From Dehalococcoidia bacterium (GTDB lineage: Bacteria; Chloroflexota; Dehalococcoidia; SM23-28-2; HRBIN24), in contig DAOTWZ010000019.1 of the NCBI GenBank assembly GCA_034435615.1, positions 28,335 to 92,334 on the forward strand: a DNA stretch of 64,000 nucleotides, written 5' to 3'. This document shows, piece after piece, positions 37,446 to 46,748 of this stretch. The notes under the pieces were generated by a model that was not told the origin of the DNA, did not search any database, and saw only the letters and a list, made by a program, of their open reading frames with translations. Position 1 is the first letter of the stretch, and each line of letters begins with the position of its first letter. Both the position numbers and the translations under genes were made by a program.

Positions 37446-38521
37446 ACCTTCGCCCCCAGCAGGCCGCGTGGCCGCAGCAGCAGTATCAGGACGAGGATGA
37501 CGAAGGCCACACCAGGCTTGTAGGTGGGATCGAAGTAGGCCACCGACGTCTCCTGGGCCACCCCCACCACCAGCGCCCCCAGAAGAGCGCCCAGCGGGTT
37601 GCCTATCCCGCCCAGGATGGCGGCGGCGAAGAGGGGCAACAGCAGGGCGAACCCCAGGCGAGGGTCTAGCTGGGCCTGGACGGCCAGCAGGACGCCCGCC
37701 ACCGCCAGCAGGCCCCCGCCCAGCAGCCACGTCCAGGCCACCACCCGCTCCGTATCGATGCCCGAGACGCGGGCCAGATCCACGTTATCGGACATGGCCC
37801 GCATCGCTTTCCCCAGCCGGGTGCGGTAGAGCAGCAGGTAGACCAGGACGGCCAGGGCCACTGCCACCGCAAAGATGAAGACTTGGTCCGTCTTCAGACG
37901 GATGTCGAACCAGTACTGGCGCGCCTCGAAGATGCCAGTGACGTACTGGCGAGGGTTGGGCCCCCACAGCAGGAGCATCACGTTGCGCACCGCTATCGCC
38001 ACCCCCAGGGAGACGATGGAGAAGACCACCACGTGGGCCCGTCGCTCACGCAGGGGGCGGTAGAGGAGCCGGTCCAGGAGGATGCAGAGGAGGGCCAGGG
38101 CCACCGCCGCCACCGCCATGGCCAGGAGGAGCCCGTAACCGAAGGTGAGGTCGCCCAGTCTGACCGTCGCCCCGGGGAGGGAGGCGATAGCCTCCGGGAG
38201 GGTCACGTCGGCGCGGCTGCCCACCAGCCGGCCAGTGAGGGCGAAGAAGGCCACGTAAGCGCCCAGCATCATCAGGTCGCCGTGGGCGAAGTTGCCGAAG
38301 CGCAGGATGCCGTAGACCAGGGTGAGTCCCACCGCTCCCAGCGCCAGGACGCTCCCCACGATGACCCCCACCACGAAGAGCTGGGTCTCGGCTACGGCAG
38401 ACCAGACGAAGAGGGCTGCCACCAGGGCCCACAGGCCGGCGCCCCGCGCCGCCTCGCCCAGGTTGCGCAGCCCCTCCCTCTGCCGGAGGGGGACAGCGGT
38501 CGTCCGCTGCAGCAGGGCCAT
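37442..38521 (-). CDS. branched-chain amino acid ABC transporter permease (LivH-like)
   Basis: LivH family topology. Confidence 0.85.
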   Translation of the reverse strand: MALLQRTTAVPLRQREGLRNLGEAARGAGLWALVAALFVWSAVAETQLFVVGVIVGSVLALGAVGLTLVYGILRFGNFAHGDLMMLGAYVAFFALTGRLVGSRADVTLPEAIASLPGATVRLGDLTFGYGLLLAMAVAAVALALLCILLDRLLYRPLRERRAHVVVFSIVSLGVAIAVRNVMLLLWGPNPRQYVTGIFEARQYWFDIRLKTDQVFIFAVAVALAVLVYLLLYRTRLGKAMRAMSDNVDLARVSGIDTERVVAWTWLLGGGLLAVAGVLLAVQAQLDPRLGFALLLPLFAAAILGGIGNPLGALLGALVVGVAQETSVAYFDPTYKPGVAFVILVLILLLRPRGLLGAKV

Positions 38522-38527
38522 CCTCCC

Positions 38528-39253
38528 TCAGTCCCCCAGGTAGACTCGGGCCACCTCCTCGCTGTCCAGGAGCTCGGTGGCCCGCCCCTCCAGGCGGTTG
38601 TAGCCCATGGACAGGACGTAGCCGCGGTGGCTCAGCTTCAGGGCCTCCTTGGCGTTCTGCTCTACCATAAGGATGCTGGTGCCGCCGGCGTTGATCTCCC
38701 GCACCTTGGCGAAGACCAGCTCCACCATCTTGGGCGAGAGGCCGGCCGACGGCTCGTCCAGGAGAAGGACGACGGGGTCCACCATCAGGGCCCGCGCCAG
38801 GGCCAGCATCTGCCTCTGGCCGCCAGATAGACGGCCGGCCCGCTCATGAGGGCGGGCCGCCAGGTCCGGGAAGAGCTGGTAGACCCGTTCCAACCGCTCC
38901 CGGAGCCTCCCCTGCAGCAGGTAGGCCCCCATCTCCAGGTTCTCCTGGACGGTGAGGGAGGGGAAGACGTTGTCCGCCTGGGGGACGTAGGCGATGCCCC
39001 GGGCCACCAGCCTCTCCGGCGCCAGCCCCGTCACGTCCTCCCCCAGGAAGCGCACCCGGCCCGCCCTGGGCCTCACCAGCCCAACGATGGCCTTGATGAG
39101 GGTGGACTTGCCAGCGCCGTTGGGCCCGATGACGGTGACCACCTCGCCCTGGCCCAGGCGAAGGGAGACGCCGTGGAGGATCTCCACCTCGCCGTAGCCG
39201 GCCACCAGGTCGGCTACCTCAAGGACGTTCCCGTTCGATGTACTGGCCGCCAA
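38528..39253 (-). CDS. ABC transporter ATP-binding protein (LivF-like)
   Basis: Walker A GPNGAGKST, signature LSGGQRQ, Walker B LLLDEPS. Confidence 0.85.
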   Translation of the reverse strand: MAASTSNGNVLEVADLVAGYGEVEILHGVSLRLGQGEVVTVIGPNGAGKSTLIKAIVGLVRPRAGRVRFLGEDVTGLAPERLVARGIAYVPQADNVFPSLTVQENLEMGAYLLQGRLRERLERVYQLFPDLAARPHERAGRLSGGQRQMLALARALMVDPVVLLLDEPSAGLSPKMVELVFAKVREINAGGTSILMVEQNAKEALKLSHRGYVLSMGYNRLEGRATELLDSEEVARVYLGD

Positions 39254-40016
39254 GATAGGCCTCCAGGACGCGTTCGTCGCTCTTGATCTCCTCGGGGGAG
39301 CCCTCAGCGATCACCTCGCCGTTGCTCATGACGATGACAGGGTTGCAGAGGCGGGTGATCAGGTCCATGTCGTGCTCGATGATGAAGAAGGTGATGCCCC
39401 GCCCGCGGCAGAGCTCCTCGATGGCCACTACCAGGCGGCGCATGAGGACAGGGTTGACGCCGGCGCCCGGCTCGTCCAGCAGCACCAGCTCCGGGTCGCA
39501 CATGAGGGTGCGGGCCAGCTCCAGCAGCTTCTTCTGGCCGGTGGAGAGGTGGGAGGCGTAGTTGTCCCGCAGGTGGGCCAGGTCCAGGAAGTCCAGCACC
39601 GCCATCGCCTTCTCGTAGAGGGCCTCCTCCTGCCGGCCCACGCGGAAGGGGAAGAGCCAAACGTTCCACAGCGCCTCGCCCGCCTGCCGGGGCGGCACCA
39701 GCATCAGGTTCTCCAGCACCGTCGTGCTGCCCAGCGCCCGCGGTATCTGGAAGGTGCGCACGATGCCGTGACGGAAGACCCGGTGGGGAGGCAGACCGTC
39801 TATCCGGGAGCCCTTGAAGTAGATAGCGCCGCTGTTGGGCCTGAGGAAGCCAGTGACCAGGTTGAAAAGGGTGGTCTTGCCGGCGCCGTTGGGGCCTATC
39901 AGCCCGGTAATAGTCCCCTTGCGCACCCGCACCGTGCAACGATTGACCGCCCGCAGGCCGTCAAAGGACTTGACGAGGTCTCTGGTCTCCAGGATTATCT
40001 CGTCTTCCTGGGACAT
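39219..40016 (-). CDS. ABC transporter ATP-binding protein (LivG-like)
   Basis: GPNGAGKTT, LSTGQKK, LVLLDEP. Confidence 0.85.
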   Translation of the reverse strand: MSQEDEIILETRDLVKSFDGLRAVNRCTVRVRKGTITGLIGPNGAGKTTLFNLVTGFLRPNSGAIYFKGSRIDGLPPHRVFRHGIVRTFQIPRALGSTTVLENLMLVPPRQAGEALWNVWLFPFRVGRQEEALYEKAMAVLDFLDLAHLRDNYASHLSTGQKKLLELARTLMCDPELVLLDEPGAGVNPVLMRRLVVAIEELCRGRGITFFIIEHDMDLITRLCNPVIVMSNGEVIAEGSPEEIKSDERVLEAYLGGQYIERERP

Positions 40017-40190
40017 GGCTACCTCGCGCTGGTATAGCGGCTCCTGGGGCCGAAATCAGTATAGGTTACATTGCCCTGCTGTCAACTTTTCCCAGGTTGG
40101 CTTCTCCCTATATCTGCAGCCTTGACATCCGTGGCCGGCCGCCGCTAAATATGAGCGCCACCCCAGGGAGCGACGAAAGGCGGGCAAAAG

Positions 40191-41132
40191 ATGAGAGTCC
40201 TCATCACCGGCGGCACCGGCTTCATAGGCTCCTTCGTCGCCAGACGACTCCTGAGCGAAGGCGACGGCCCGGTGGTCCTCTACGACCCCGCAGGCACCGC
40301 CAACGTCGTCCAGAGGCTCTTCTCTCCCGAGGAGGTGGAGAGGCTGCGGGTGGTCCGGGGGGACGTGCTGGACCTCCCCTCCCTCATCGACGCCCTCCGG
40401 GAGAACCGAGTGGAGTGCCTGATCCACCTGGCCTACTACCTGGGGACGGCGCGGGAGTTCAACCCCCTCGTCTCCATCAGGACCAACTGCGAAGGGACGC
40501 TCAACGTCTTCGAGGCGGCCCGCCTCTGCGGCGTGCCCCGGGTGGTATGGGCCAGCTCCGTGGCCGTCTTCGGCCCCCGCAGCATAGGGCCGGACGGGAC
40601 GGTGGCCAACGACGCCCCCTACGACCCCCGCACCATCTACGGGGCGGCCAAGGTGCTCAATGAGCGCACGGCCCTCCACTACGCCCGCGCCTACGGACTG
40701 GAGACGGTGGGGCTCCGCTTCACCGTCGTCTACGGCCCCTTCCGGCTGCGGGGCTACGGCATCTTCCTCTCCAACCTCATCGAGCGGCTGGCCGCCGGGC
40801 TGCCCGCCCAGGCACCCATGACGGACGAGGCGGTGAACTGGGTCTACGTGGAGGACGTGGCCAGCGCCATCGTCAGGGCCATCCGCGCCCCCAGGCCCCG
40901 CACCCCCGCCTTCAACATAGGCGGCGACGTCCGCACCATCCGCGAGGTGGTGGAGATGGCCGCCCGCTTCTTCCCCGACGCTCAGGTGACGCCGGAGCCC
41001 GGCCCCTTCTCCTTCCGTCTGCCCCCTATCTATGACCTGCGGCCGGCCGAAGAGGAGCTGGGCTGGCGCCCCACCGTCACCGTGGAGGAGGGCGTGCGGC
41101 GCTGCGTGGAGTTCTACCGCTCCCAAGGCTGA
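40191..41132 (+). CDS. NAD-dependent epimerase/dehydratase (extended SDR)
   Basis: ITGGTGFIGS Rossmann motif and the catalytic YGAAK. Confidence 0.85.
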   Translation: MRVLITGGTGFIGSFVARRLLSEGDGPVVLYDPAGTANVVQRLFSPEEVERLRVVRGDVLDLPSLIDALRENRVECLIHLAYYLGTAREFNPLVSIRTNCEGTLNVFEAARLCGVPRVVWASSVAVFGPRSIGPDGTVANDAPYDPRTIYGAAKVLNERTALHYARAYGLETVGLRFTVVYGPFRLRGYGIFLSNLIERLAAGLPAQAPMTDEAVNWVYVEDVASAIVRAIRAPRPRTPAFNIGGDVRTIREVVEMAARFFPDAQVTPEPGPFSFRLPPIYDLRPAEEELGWRPTVTVEEGVRRCVEFYRSQG

Positions 41133-41138
41133 GGGAAG

Positions 41139-42059
41139 ATGAAAGGCGAAGTCAGGCAAGGAGGCGAAGCGATGGCAGAGCTCAGGCAAGAGGCGGTGGA
41201 GGCCCCGGTGCGGGGCGGCCTTCTGTGGGCCAGCCGTTGGGGCGAGGAGGGGGCGCCGGTCCTGGCCATCCACGGCATCACCGGCTCCCACGCCTCCTGG
41301 TGGTCGGTGGCGGAGAGGCTGGCCGGGCAGGCCCAGGTCATCGCCCCTGACCTGCGGGGGAGAGGGGCCAGCGGCCGCCTCCCTGGCCCCTACGGCATGG
41401 CCACCCACGTGGAGGACTGCCTCTCCCTCATGGACCACCTGGGCATCGAGCGGGCGGTGGTGGCCGGCCACTCCATGGGGGGCTACGTGGCCGCCCTCAT
41501 GGCCGCCCGCTACCCTCAGCGGGTCAGCGCCGTGCTACTGGTGGACGGCGGCATACCCCTCCCCGTCCCCGAGAACGTGGACGTCCAGGCCCACCTGGAC
41601 GCCGTCCTGGGGCCGTCCATCCAGCGGCTCCGCCTCACCTTCGAGTCCCGTCAGGCCTATCTGGAATTCTGGCGGCAGCACCCTGGCGTCGGCCCCTACT
41701 GGAACGATTACATCCAGCGCTATCTGGAGTACGACCTGGAGGGAGAGCCGCCGGCCCTCCGCTCCCGGGTGAGAGAGGAGGCGGTGCGGGAGGACGGCGC
41801 CGACCTCCTCGTCAACCCCGAGGTGCGGGGCTGCCTGGCCCAGGTGCGCTGTCCGCTTCTCCTCCTGCGGGCGCCCCGCGGCCTCCTGGACCAGCCGCAG
41901 CCCCTCATCTCCGACGAGGCGGTGGCGCACTGGCGCTCCGTGCAGCCCCGCCTGGAGGAGGAGACGGTGCCGGGCGTCAACCACTACACCATAGTCCTGG
42001 CACCGGAGGGGGCGGACGTGGTGGCGGCGCGCCTGCGCTCCCTCCTCGACTCCGCCTGA
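41139..42059 (+). CDS. alpha/beta hydrolase fold protein
   Basis: GHSMGG nucleophile elbow; the start may be the internal ATG at 41172. Confidence 0.75.
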   Translation: MKGEVRQGGEAMAELRQEAVEAPVRGGLLWASRWGEEGAPVLAIHGITGSHASWWSVAERLAGQAQVIAPDLRGRGASGRLPGPYGMATHVEDCLSLMDHLGIERAVVAGHSMGGYVAALMAARYPQRVSAVLLVDGGIPLPVPENVDVQAHLDAVLGPSIQRLRLTFESRQAYLEFWRQHPGVGPYWNDYIQRYLEYDLEGEPPALRSRVREEAVREDGADLLVNPEVRGCLAQVRCPLLLLRAPRGLLDQPQPLISDEAVAHWRSVQPRLEEETVPGVNHYTIVLAPEGADVVAARLRSLLDSA

Positions 42060-42068
42060 GGCGGGCGC

Positions 42069-42098
42069 TTGACAGCCCATCTCTTCGGCCACTACTGT
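42069..42098 (+). promoter_or_regulatory. sigma70-like promoter (TTGACA, 18-bp spacer, TACTGT) upstream of the molybdopterin dehydrogenase operon
   Basis: Hexamers read from the sequence, 50 nt upstream of the ATG at 42148. Confidence 0.4.
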
Positions 42099-42147
42099 AG
42101 GAGCGGCCAGCGGTAGAGGGCCTACCCGGGGCCGCCGTCCTCATTCC

Positions 42148-42999
42148 ATGGCGTTCGCATACATCGTCCCCCAGAGCCTTGAGGAGGCCATGCGCCTCTC
42201 CCGGGACTACGGCCCGGAGGCGGTGGCCAAGATGGGGGGCTGCACCGTCATGGTGGCCGTCCGCCGGGGCCTCCTGCGACCGAAGGTGGTCATCGGCCTC
42301 CACCGCCTGCCCGGCCTGGACTCCCTGCGAGTGACGGACGGGGGCCTCCTCGTAGGCGCCGGCGTCACCCTGCGCGCCCTGGAGCGCAGCACAGAGGTGG
42401 CGAGCGCCCTCCCCGTCCTGTGGCGGACGGTCCGGACCGTCGCCTCGCCCCTGGTCCGCAACATGGCCACCCTGGTGGGGAACGTGACCAGCGCCCTCCC
42501 CGATAGCGACCTGGTGCCCCTCCTGACTGTCCTGGAAGCGACGCTGACGGTGCGGGGGCCCGAGGGAGAGCGCTCCCTGCCGGTGGGGGAAGTGGCCCGG
42601 GCGCCCTACCGCCACGCCCTGGCGCCGGGCGAGCTGGCCACCGCCATCGCCATACCGGCGCCGCCCCCTGGCCTGCGCCTCGCCTACGTCCGCTTCGCTC
42701 CGAGGGAGGCCTTCGACCGCCCTCTGGCGGCGGCCGCCGTGGCCCTGCGCCTGGCCGATGGCGTCTGTCAGGAGGCACGGGTGGCCCTGGTGGGAGCGGG
42801 GCCGCTACCGGCCCGGTCCGGGGCGGCGGAGGCGGCCCTCCAGGGGCAGCCCCTGACGCCCGAAGCCCTGGCCCGGGCCAGCGAGGCCGCCATGGAGAGC
42901 GCCGCCCCACCCTCCGACTACCGCGCCTCGGCCGACTACCGTCGCCACCTGGTGGGAGTGGTGCTCCGACGCGCCCTCGGCGAGGCCCTGGCCAGCTAG
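42148..42999 (+). CDS. molybdopterin dehydrogenase FAD-binding (medium) subunit, CoxM/XdhB-like
   Basis: FAD-binding PCMH-type domain plus the CO-dehydrogenase flavoprotein C-terminal domain pattern. Confidence 0.8.
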   Translation: MAFAYIVPQSLEEAMRLSRDYGPEAVAKMGGCTVMVAVRRGLLRPKVVIGLHRLPGLDSLRVTDGGLLVGAGVTLRALERSTEVASALPVLWRTVRTVASPLVRNMATLVGNVTSALPDSDLVPLLTVLEATLTVRGPEGERSLPVGEVARAPYRHALAPGELATAIAIPAPPPGLRLAYVRFAPREAFDRPLAAAAVALRLADGVCQEARVALVGAGPLPARSGAAEAALQGQPLTPEALARASEAAMESAAPPSDYRASADYRRHLVGVVLRRALGEALAS

Positions 43000-43008
43000 G
43001 AGGTCGTC

Positions 43009-43497
43009 ATGACGTCGCCCTCGGGGAGGCAGCTCATCACGCTACGGGTGGACGGGGACGAGGTGGAGGTGACGGTGCGCCCCCATCACTTCCTGGTGGA
43101 CGTCCTCCGCCAGCAGGCGGGGCGCACAGGCGTCAAGGAGGGGTGCGAGTCGGCCAGTTGCGGCGCCTGCACCGTCCTTCTGGACGGCGTGCCCGTCCTC
43201 TCCTGCCTCCTGCTGGCGGTGGACGCCGTCGGCCACGAGATCACGACGGTGGCCGGCCTGGGGAGGCCGCCGGACGGCCTCCATCCCCTCCAAGAGGCCT
43301 TCATCAAGCACCACGCCGTGCAGTGTGGCTTCTGCACCCCGGGCATCCTCCTCGTCGCCAAGGCGCTGCTGGAGGAGAACCCCAGACCCACCGAGGAGGA
43401 GGTGCGTCAGGCCCTGGCCGGCAACCTGTGCCGCTGCACGGGCTACGTCCGCATCGTGCGGGCGGTGCTGGAGGCGGCGGCCCTCCAGCGGAGGTGA
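43009..43497 (+). CDS. (2Fe-2S)-binding small subunit, CoxS-like
   Basis: CESASCGAC plant-type and CGFCTPG / CRCTGY second-cluster motifs. Confidence 0.9.
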   Translation: MTSPSGRQLITLRVDGDEVEVTVRPHHFLVDVLRQQAGRTGVKEGCESASCGACTVLLDGVPVLSCLLLAVDAVGHEITTVAGLGRPPDGLHPLQEAFIKHHAVQCGFCTPGILLVAKALLEENPRPTEEEVRQALAGNLCRCTGYVRIVRAVLEAAALQRR

Positions 43498-43501
43498 TGC
43501 C

Positions 43502-45820
43502 GTGACGACGGAGACCGCCTACCAGTCCGTGGGCAAGCGGGTGCCGCGGCTGGACGCCCTGGAGAAGGTGACGGGCCGCGCCCTCTTCACGGCCGATATC
43601 GAGCTCCCCCGCATGCTGGTGGCGCGGGTGGTGCGCTCTCCCCTGGCCCACGCCCTCATAAAGGGGATAGACGTCAGCGCTGCCCGCCGGGTAGCGGGCG
43701 TGCGGGCCATCGTCACCGGGCGGGACGCCCCTTATCTCTACAACATGGCGCTGCGTGACCAGCCCTTCCTGGCCATAGACCGCGTCCGCTACGTGGGGGA
43801 GCCGGTGGTGGCCATCGCCGCCGAGGACGAGGACGCCGCCGCCGAGGCGGCGGAGCTGGTGCAGGTGGAGTACGAGCCCCTGCCGGCGGTGCTGGACCCC
43901 TTCGCCGCCATGCGGCCGGACGCTCCCCTCATCCACCCCCACCTGGGGGAGTACGCCCGCGACCCCAGCTTCACCCCCCTGCCGGGCACCAACATCTGCA
44001 ACCATTTCAAGCTGCGCAAGGGGGACGTGGAGGCAGCCTTCCGGGCCGCCCACGAGGTCTTCGAGGACAGCTACTACAGCCACCCCATCCAGCACTGCCC
44101 CCTGGAGCCGCACGCCGCCATCGCCCAGTTCGAGCCGGCCTCGGGGCAGATCACCGTCTGGTGCAGCAACCAGTCGCCTTGGTTCGCCGCCGACGACCTG
44201 GCCGCCGCCCTGGGCTGGCCCGTTCACCGGGTGCGGGTAGTCTGCCCTTACCTGGGAGGAGGGTTCGGCAGCAAGCACGGGCTGAAGGTGGAGCCGGTGG
44301 CGGTGGCCCTGGCCCTCCACACTGACGGCCGCCCCGTGAAGCTAGTGTGCAGCCGGGAGGAGGAGTTCAGCGCCACCGTGGTGCGGGGCGCCGTCCACAT
44401 CCGGCTGCGGACGGGCGTCACCCGGGACGGCACCATCATCGCCCGGCAGGCGGAGGTGGTCTGGGACACCGGCGCCTACGCCGACGTCGGCCCCCTCCTC
44501 TGCCGCAACGGCAGCTACTCCGTCACTGGCCCCTACCGCATCCCCAACCAGTGGATCGACGGCTACTGCGTCTACACCAACAAGCTGGTGACGGGGGCCT
44601 TCCGGGGCTACGGCATTATGGAGATGGCCTTCGCCTACGAGTCCCAGATGGACAGCATCGCCCGCGCCCTGGGTATAGACCCGGTGGAGATGCGACGGCG
44701 CAACCTCATCGAGGACGGGGACGAGACGGCTACGGGGGAGGTGCTGCACAACGTAGGGCTGAAAGCGGCCCTGGAGGCCTGCGCCCGGGCCATGGAGTGG
44801 GAGAGGCCGCGCCCGCCGGGGCGGGGTAAGGCCATCGTCACCACCGCCAAGTCCAGCGTCGCTCCCTCCGGCTCCGCCGCCTTCGTCCGCCTCAACGATG
44901 ACGGCACGGTGACGGTGATGGTGAGCACCACGGAGATGGGCCAGGGCTCCAGGACGGTGATGGCCCAGATGGCGGCGGAGGCGCTGGGGGCCCGACTGGA
45001 GGACGTCCAGGTGCTGGCCGCCGATACCCTCTTCACTCCCCCGGACCGCTCCACCTCCTCCAGCCGCTCCACCTTCCATATGGGGAACGCCGTCGTCCAG
45101 GCGGCCGGAGACGCCCGGGAGCAGCTCATCAAGAAGGCCAGCGCTCTCCTGGAGGCCCACCCGGACGACCTGGAGGTGCGGGAGAGCCGCGTCTTCGTGA
45201 AGGGGGTGCCGGACCGCTACCTTACCTTCCGGGAGCTGGCAGCGGTGCGCCCGGGCGTGGACATGGGCCCCATCCTGGGCCGCGGCTCCTTCGTCCCCGC
45301 CGGGGCGCGGCCCCTGGACCTGGAGACGGGACAGTCGCCCCGCATCACCGCCTTCTGGCTCTACACCAGCCAGGGCGTGGAGGTGGAGGTGGACCGGGAG
45401 ACCGGCAAGGTGCGCGTCCTGCGGGTGGTCTCCGTCCACGACGCCGGGCGCAGCATCAACCCCGACGCCTGCGAGGCCCAGATCGAGGGGGGAGTGGCCC
45501 AGGCCTGCAGCGCCGCCCTCCTGGAGGAGCTGGTCCTGGACGAGGAGGGACGCCTCCTCAACCCTGCCTTCGGCGACTATCTGCTGGCCACCAGCAAGGA
45601 CGTGCCGCCCATAAGCCCGGTCATCGTGGAGGTGCCCCACGCCGAGGGTCCCTACGGGGCCAAGGGCCTCGGCGAGGGGCCCACCACCGGCATCGCCGCC
45701 GCCCTGGCCAACGCCATCGAGGACGCCACAGGGGTGCGGATACGGGAGCTTCCCCTCACGCCGGAGCGGGTGCTGCGGGCCCTGAAGGAGAAGGAGCGCT
45801 CCCGAGAGGAGGCCACCTGA
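43502..45820 (+). CDS. molybdopterin-binding large subunit of the xanthine dehydrogenase / aldehyde oxidoreductase family (not a bona fide carbon monoxide dehydrogenase)
   Basis: LGGGFGSK molybdenum cofactor motif; the CODH active-site loops VAYRCSFR and AYRGAGR are absent; GTG start 5 nt after the small-subunit stop. Confidence 0.85.
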   Translation: MTTETAYQSVGKRVPRLDALEKVTGRALFTADIELPRMLVARVVRSPLAHALIKGIDVSAARRVAGVRAIVTGRDAPYLYNMALRDQPFLAIDRVRYVGEPVVAIAAEDEDAAAEAAELVQVEYEPLPAVLDPFAAMRPDAPLIHPHLGEYARDPSFTPLPGTNICNHFKLRKGDVEAAFRAAHEVFEDSYYSHPIQHCPLEPHAAIAQFEPASGQITVWCSNQSPWFAADDLAAALGWPVHRVRVVCPYLGGGFGSKHGLKVEPVAVALALHTDGRPVKLVCSREEEFSATVVRGAVHIRLRTGVTRDGTIIARQAEVVWDTGAYADVGPLLCRNGSYSVTGPYRIPNQWIDGYCVYTNKLVTGAFRGYGIMEMAFAYESQMDSIARALGIDPVEMRRRNLIEDGDETATGEVLHNVGLKAALEACARAMEWERPRPPGRGKAIVTTAKSSVAPSGSAAFVRLNDDGTVTVMVSTTEMGQGSRTVMAQMAAEALGARLEDVQVLAADTLFTPPDRSTSSSRSTFHMGNAVVQAAGDAREQLIKKASALLEAHPDDLEVRESRVFVKGVPDRYLTFRELAAVRPGVDMGPILGRGSFVPAGARPLDLETGQSPRITAFWLYTSQGVEVEVDRETGKVRVLRVVSVHDAGRSINPDACEAQIEGGVAQACSAALLEELVLDEEGRLLNPAFGDYLLATSKDVPPISPVIVEVPHAEGPYGAKGLGEGPTTGIAAALANAIEDATGVRIRELPLTPERVLRALKEKERSREEAT

Positions 45821-45842
45821 GGCCCATCCCCGGGGGCCAGCC

Positions 45843-46694
45843 ATGACCTCCGTTAGAGAGCTCCCCGTGGAGCGGGTGCGGGAGGCGGTCCGTCGCCTCT
45901 GCGTGGAGACGGCCTGCCTCCTCCCGGACGACGTGACAGCGGCCCTGCGCCGGGCCCGAGACCGGGAGAACTCAGCCCCGGCCCGCCGCGTCCTGGACCA
46001 GCTCCTCCGCAACGCCGAGTCGGCCCGCGGGGAGATGCTTCCCCTCTGCCAGGACAGCGGCCTGCCCCTCCTCTTCCTCGAGATAGGGCAGGACGTGCAC
46101 CTGGTGGGCGGTACGCTGCAGGACGCCATCAGGGATGGTGTGGCAGCCGCCCTGGAGGAGGGCTACCTGCGGGGCTCCCTGCTGCGCTGGCCCCTGGCCC
46201 CGGACGGAGGAGAGGGGCCGCCCCTGCCGGCGGTCTACACGGAGATAGTCCCCGGCGACCGCCTCCGCCTGAGGCTCATGGCCCGGGGCGCCGGCGGCGA
46301 GGGGGCGGGCTGCCTGCTCCTGCTGCCCGGCCACGCCGACCGCGCAGAGGTGGCGCGGTCGGTGGTCCAGGCGGTGCAGGAGAGGGGCCGCGCCGCCTGT
46401 CCTCCCATCATCGTGGGCGTGGGCATCGGCGGAACGGCGGAGTATGCCATGTTGCTGGCCCGGAGAGCGCTGCTGCGCCGTGTGGGAGAGCCCCATCCCT
46501 GGCCGGAGGCGGCATCCCTGGAGGGGGAGCTGCTGGAGCGGGTGAACGCTCTGGGCATCGGCCCCCTGGGGGTGGGCGGCCGGACGACGGCGCTGGCCGT
46601 GCACGTGGAGCTCCATCCCAGCCACGCCTCACTCTTGCCGGTGGCGGTGGCCCTGCAGTGTCACTCGGCTCGCCTGCGGGAGCTGGTGCTGTAG
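45843..46694 (+). CDS. Fe-S hydro-lyase, tartrate/fumarate family alpha-type subunit (FumA N-terminal / TtdA-like)
   Basis: LCQDSGLP motif, equivalent to the class I fumarase/TtdA CQDTG cluster-ligand region; 283 aa; no beta subunit adjacent. Confidence 0.65.
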   Translation: MTSVRELPVERVREAVRRLCVETACLLPDDVTAALRRARDRENSAPARRVLDQLLRNAESARGEMLPLCQDSGLPLLFLEIGQDVHLVGGTLQDAIRDGVAAALEEGYLRGSLLRWPLAPDGGEGPPLPAVYTEIVPGDRLRLRLMARGAGGEGAGCLLLLPGHADRAEVARSVVQAVQERGRAACPPIIVGVGIGGTAEYAMLLARRALLRRVGEPHPWPEAASLEGELLERVNALGIGPLGVGGRTTALAVHVELHPSHASLLPVAVALQCHSARLRELVL

Positions 46695-46700
46695 GAAGAG

Positions 46701-46729
46701 CCTGGGGGCGGGCCGGGCCCGCCCCCAGG
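46701..46729. terminator. perfect GC hairpin (cctgggggcgggcc g ggcccgcccccagg) between convergent genes
   Basis: Exact 14-nt inverted repeat arms; no U tract. Confidence 0.45.
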
Positions 46730-46748
46730 GTAAGCAGCGGCCCTCGCC

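Noticed and set aside
42148-45820. Carbon monoxide dehydrogenase (coxMSL)
   Set aside because: The three-subunit architecture matches, but the large subunit lacks the CODH active-site loops (VAYRCSFR or AYRGAGR). It is therefore called a generic molybdopterin hydroxylase.
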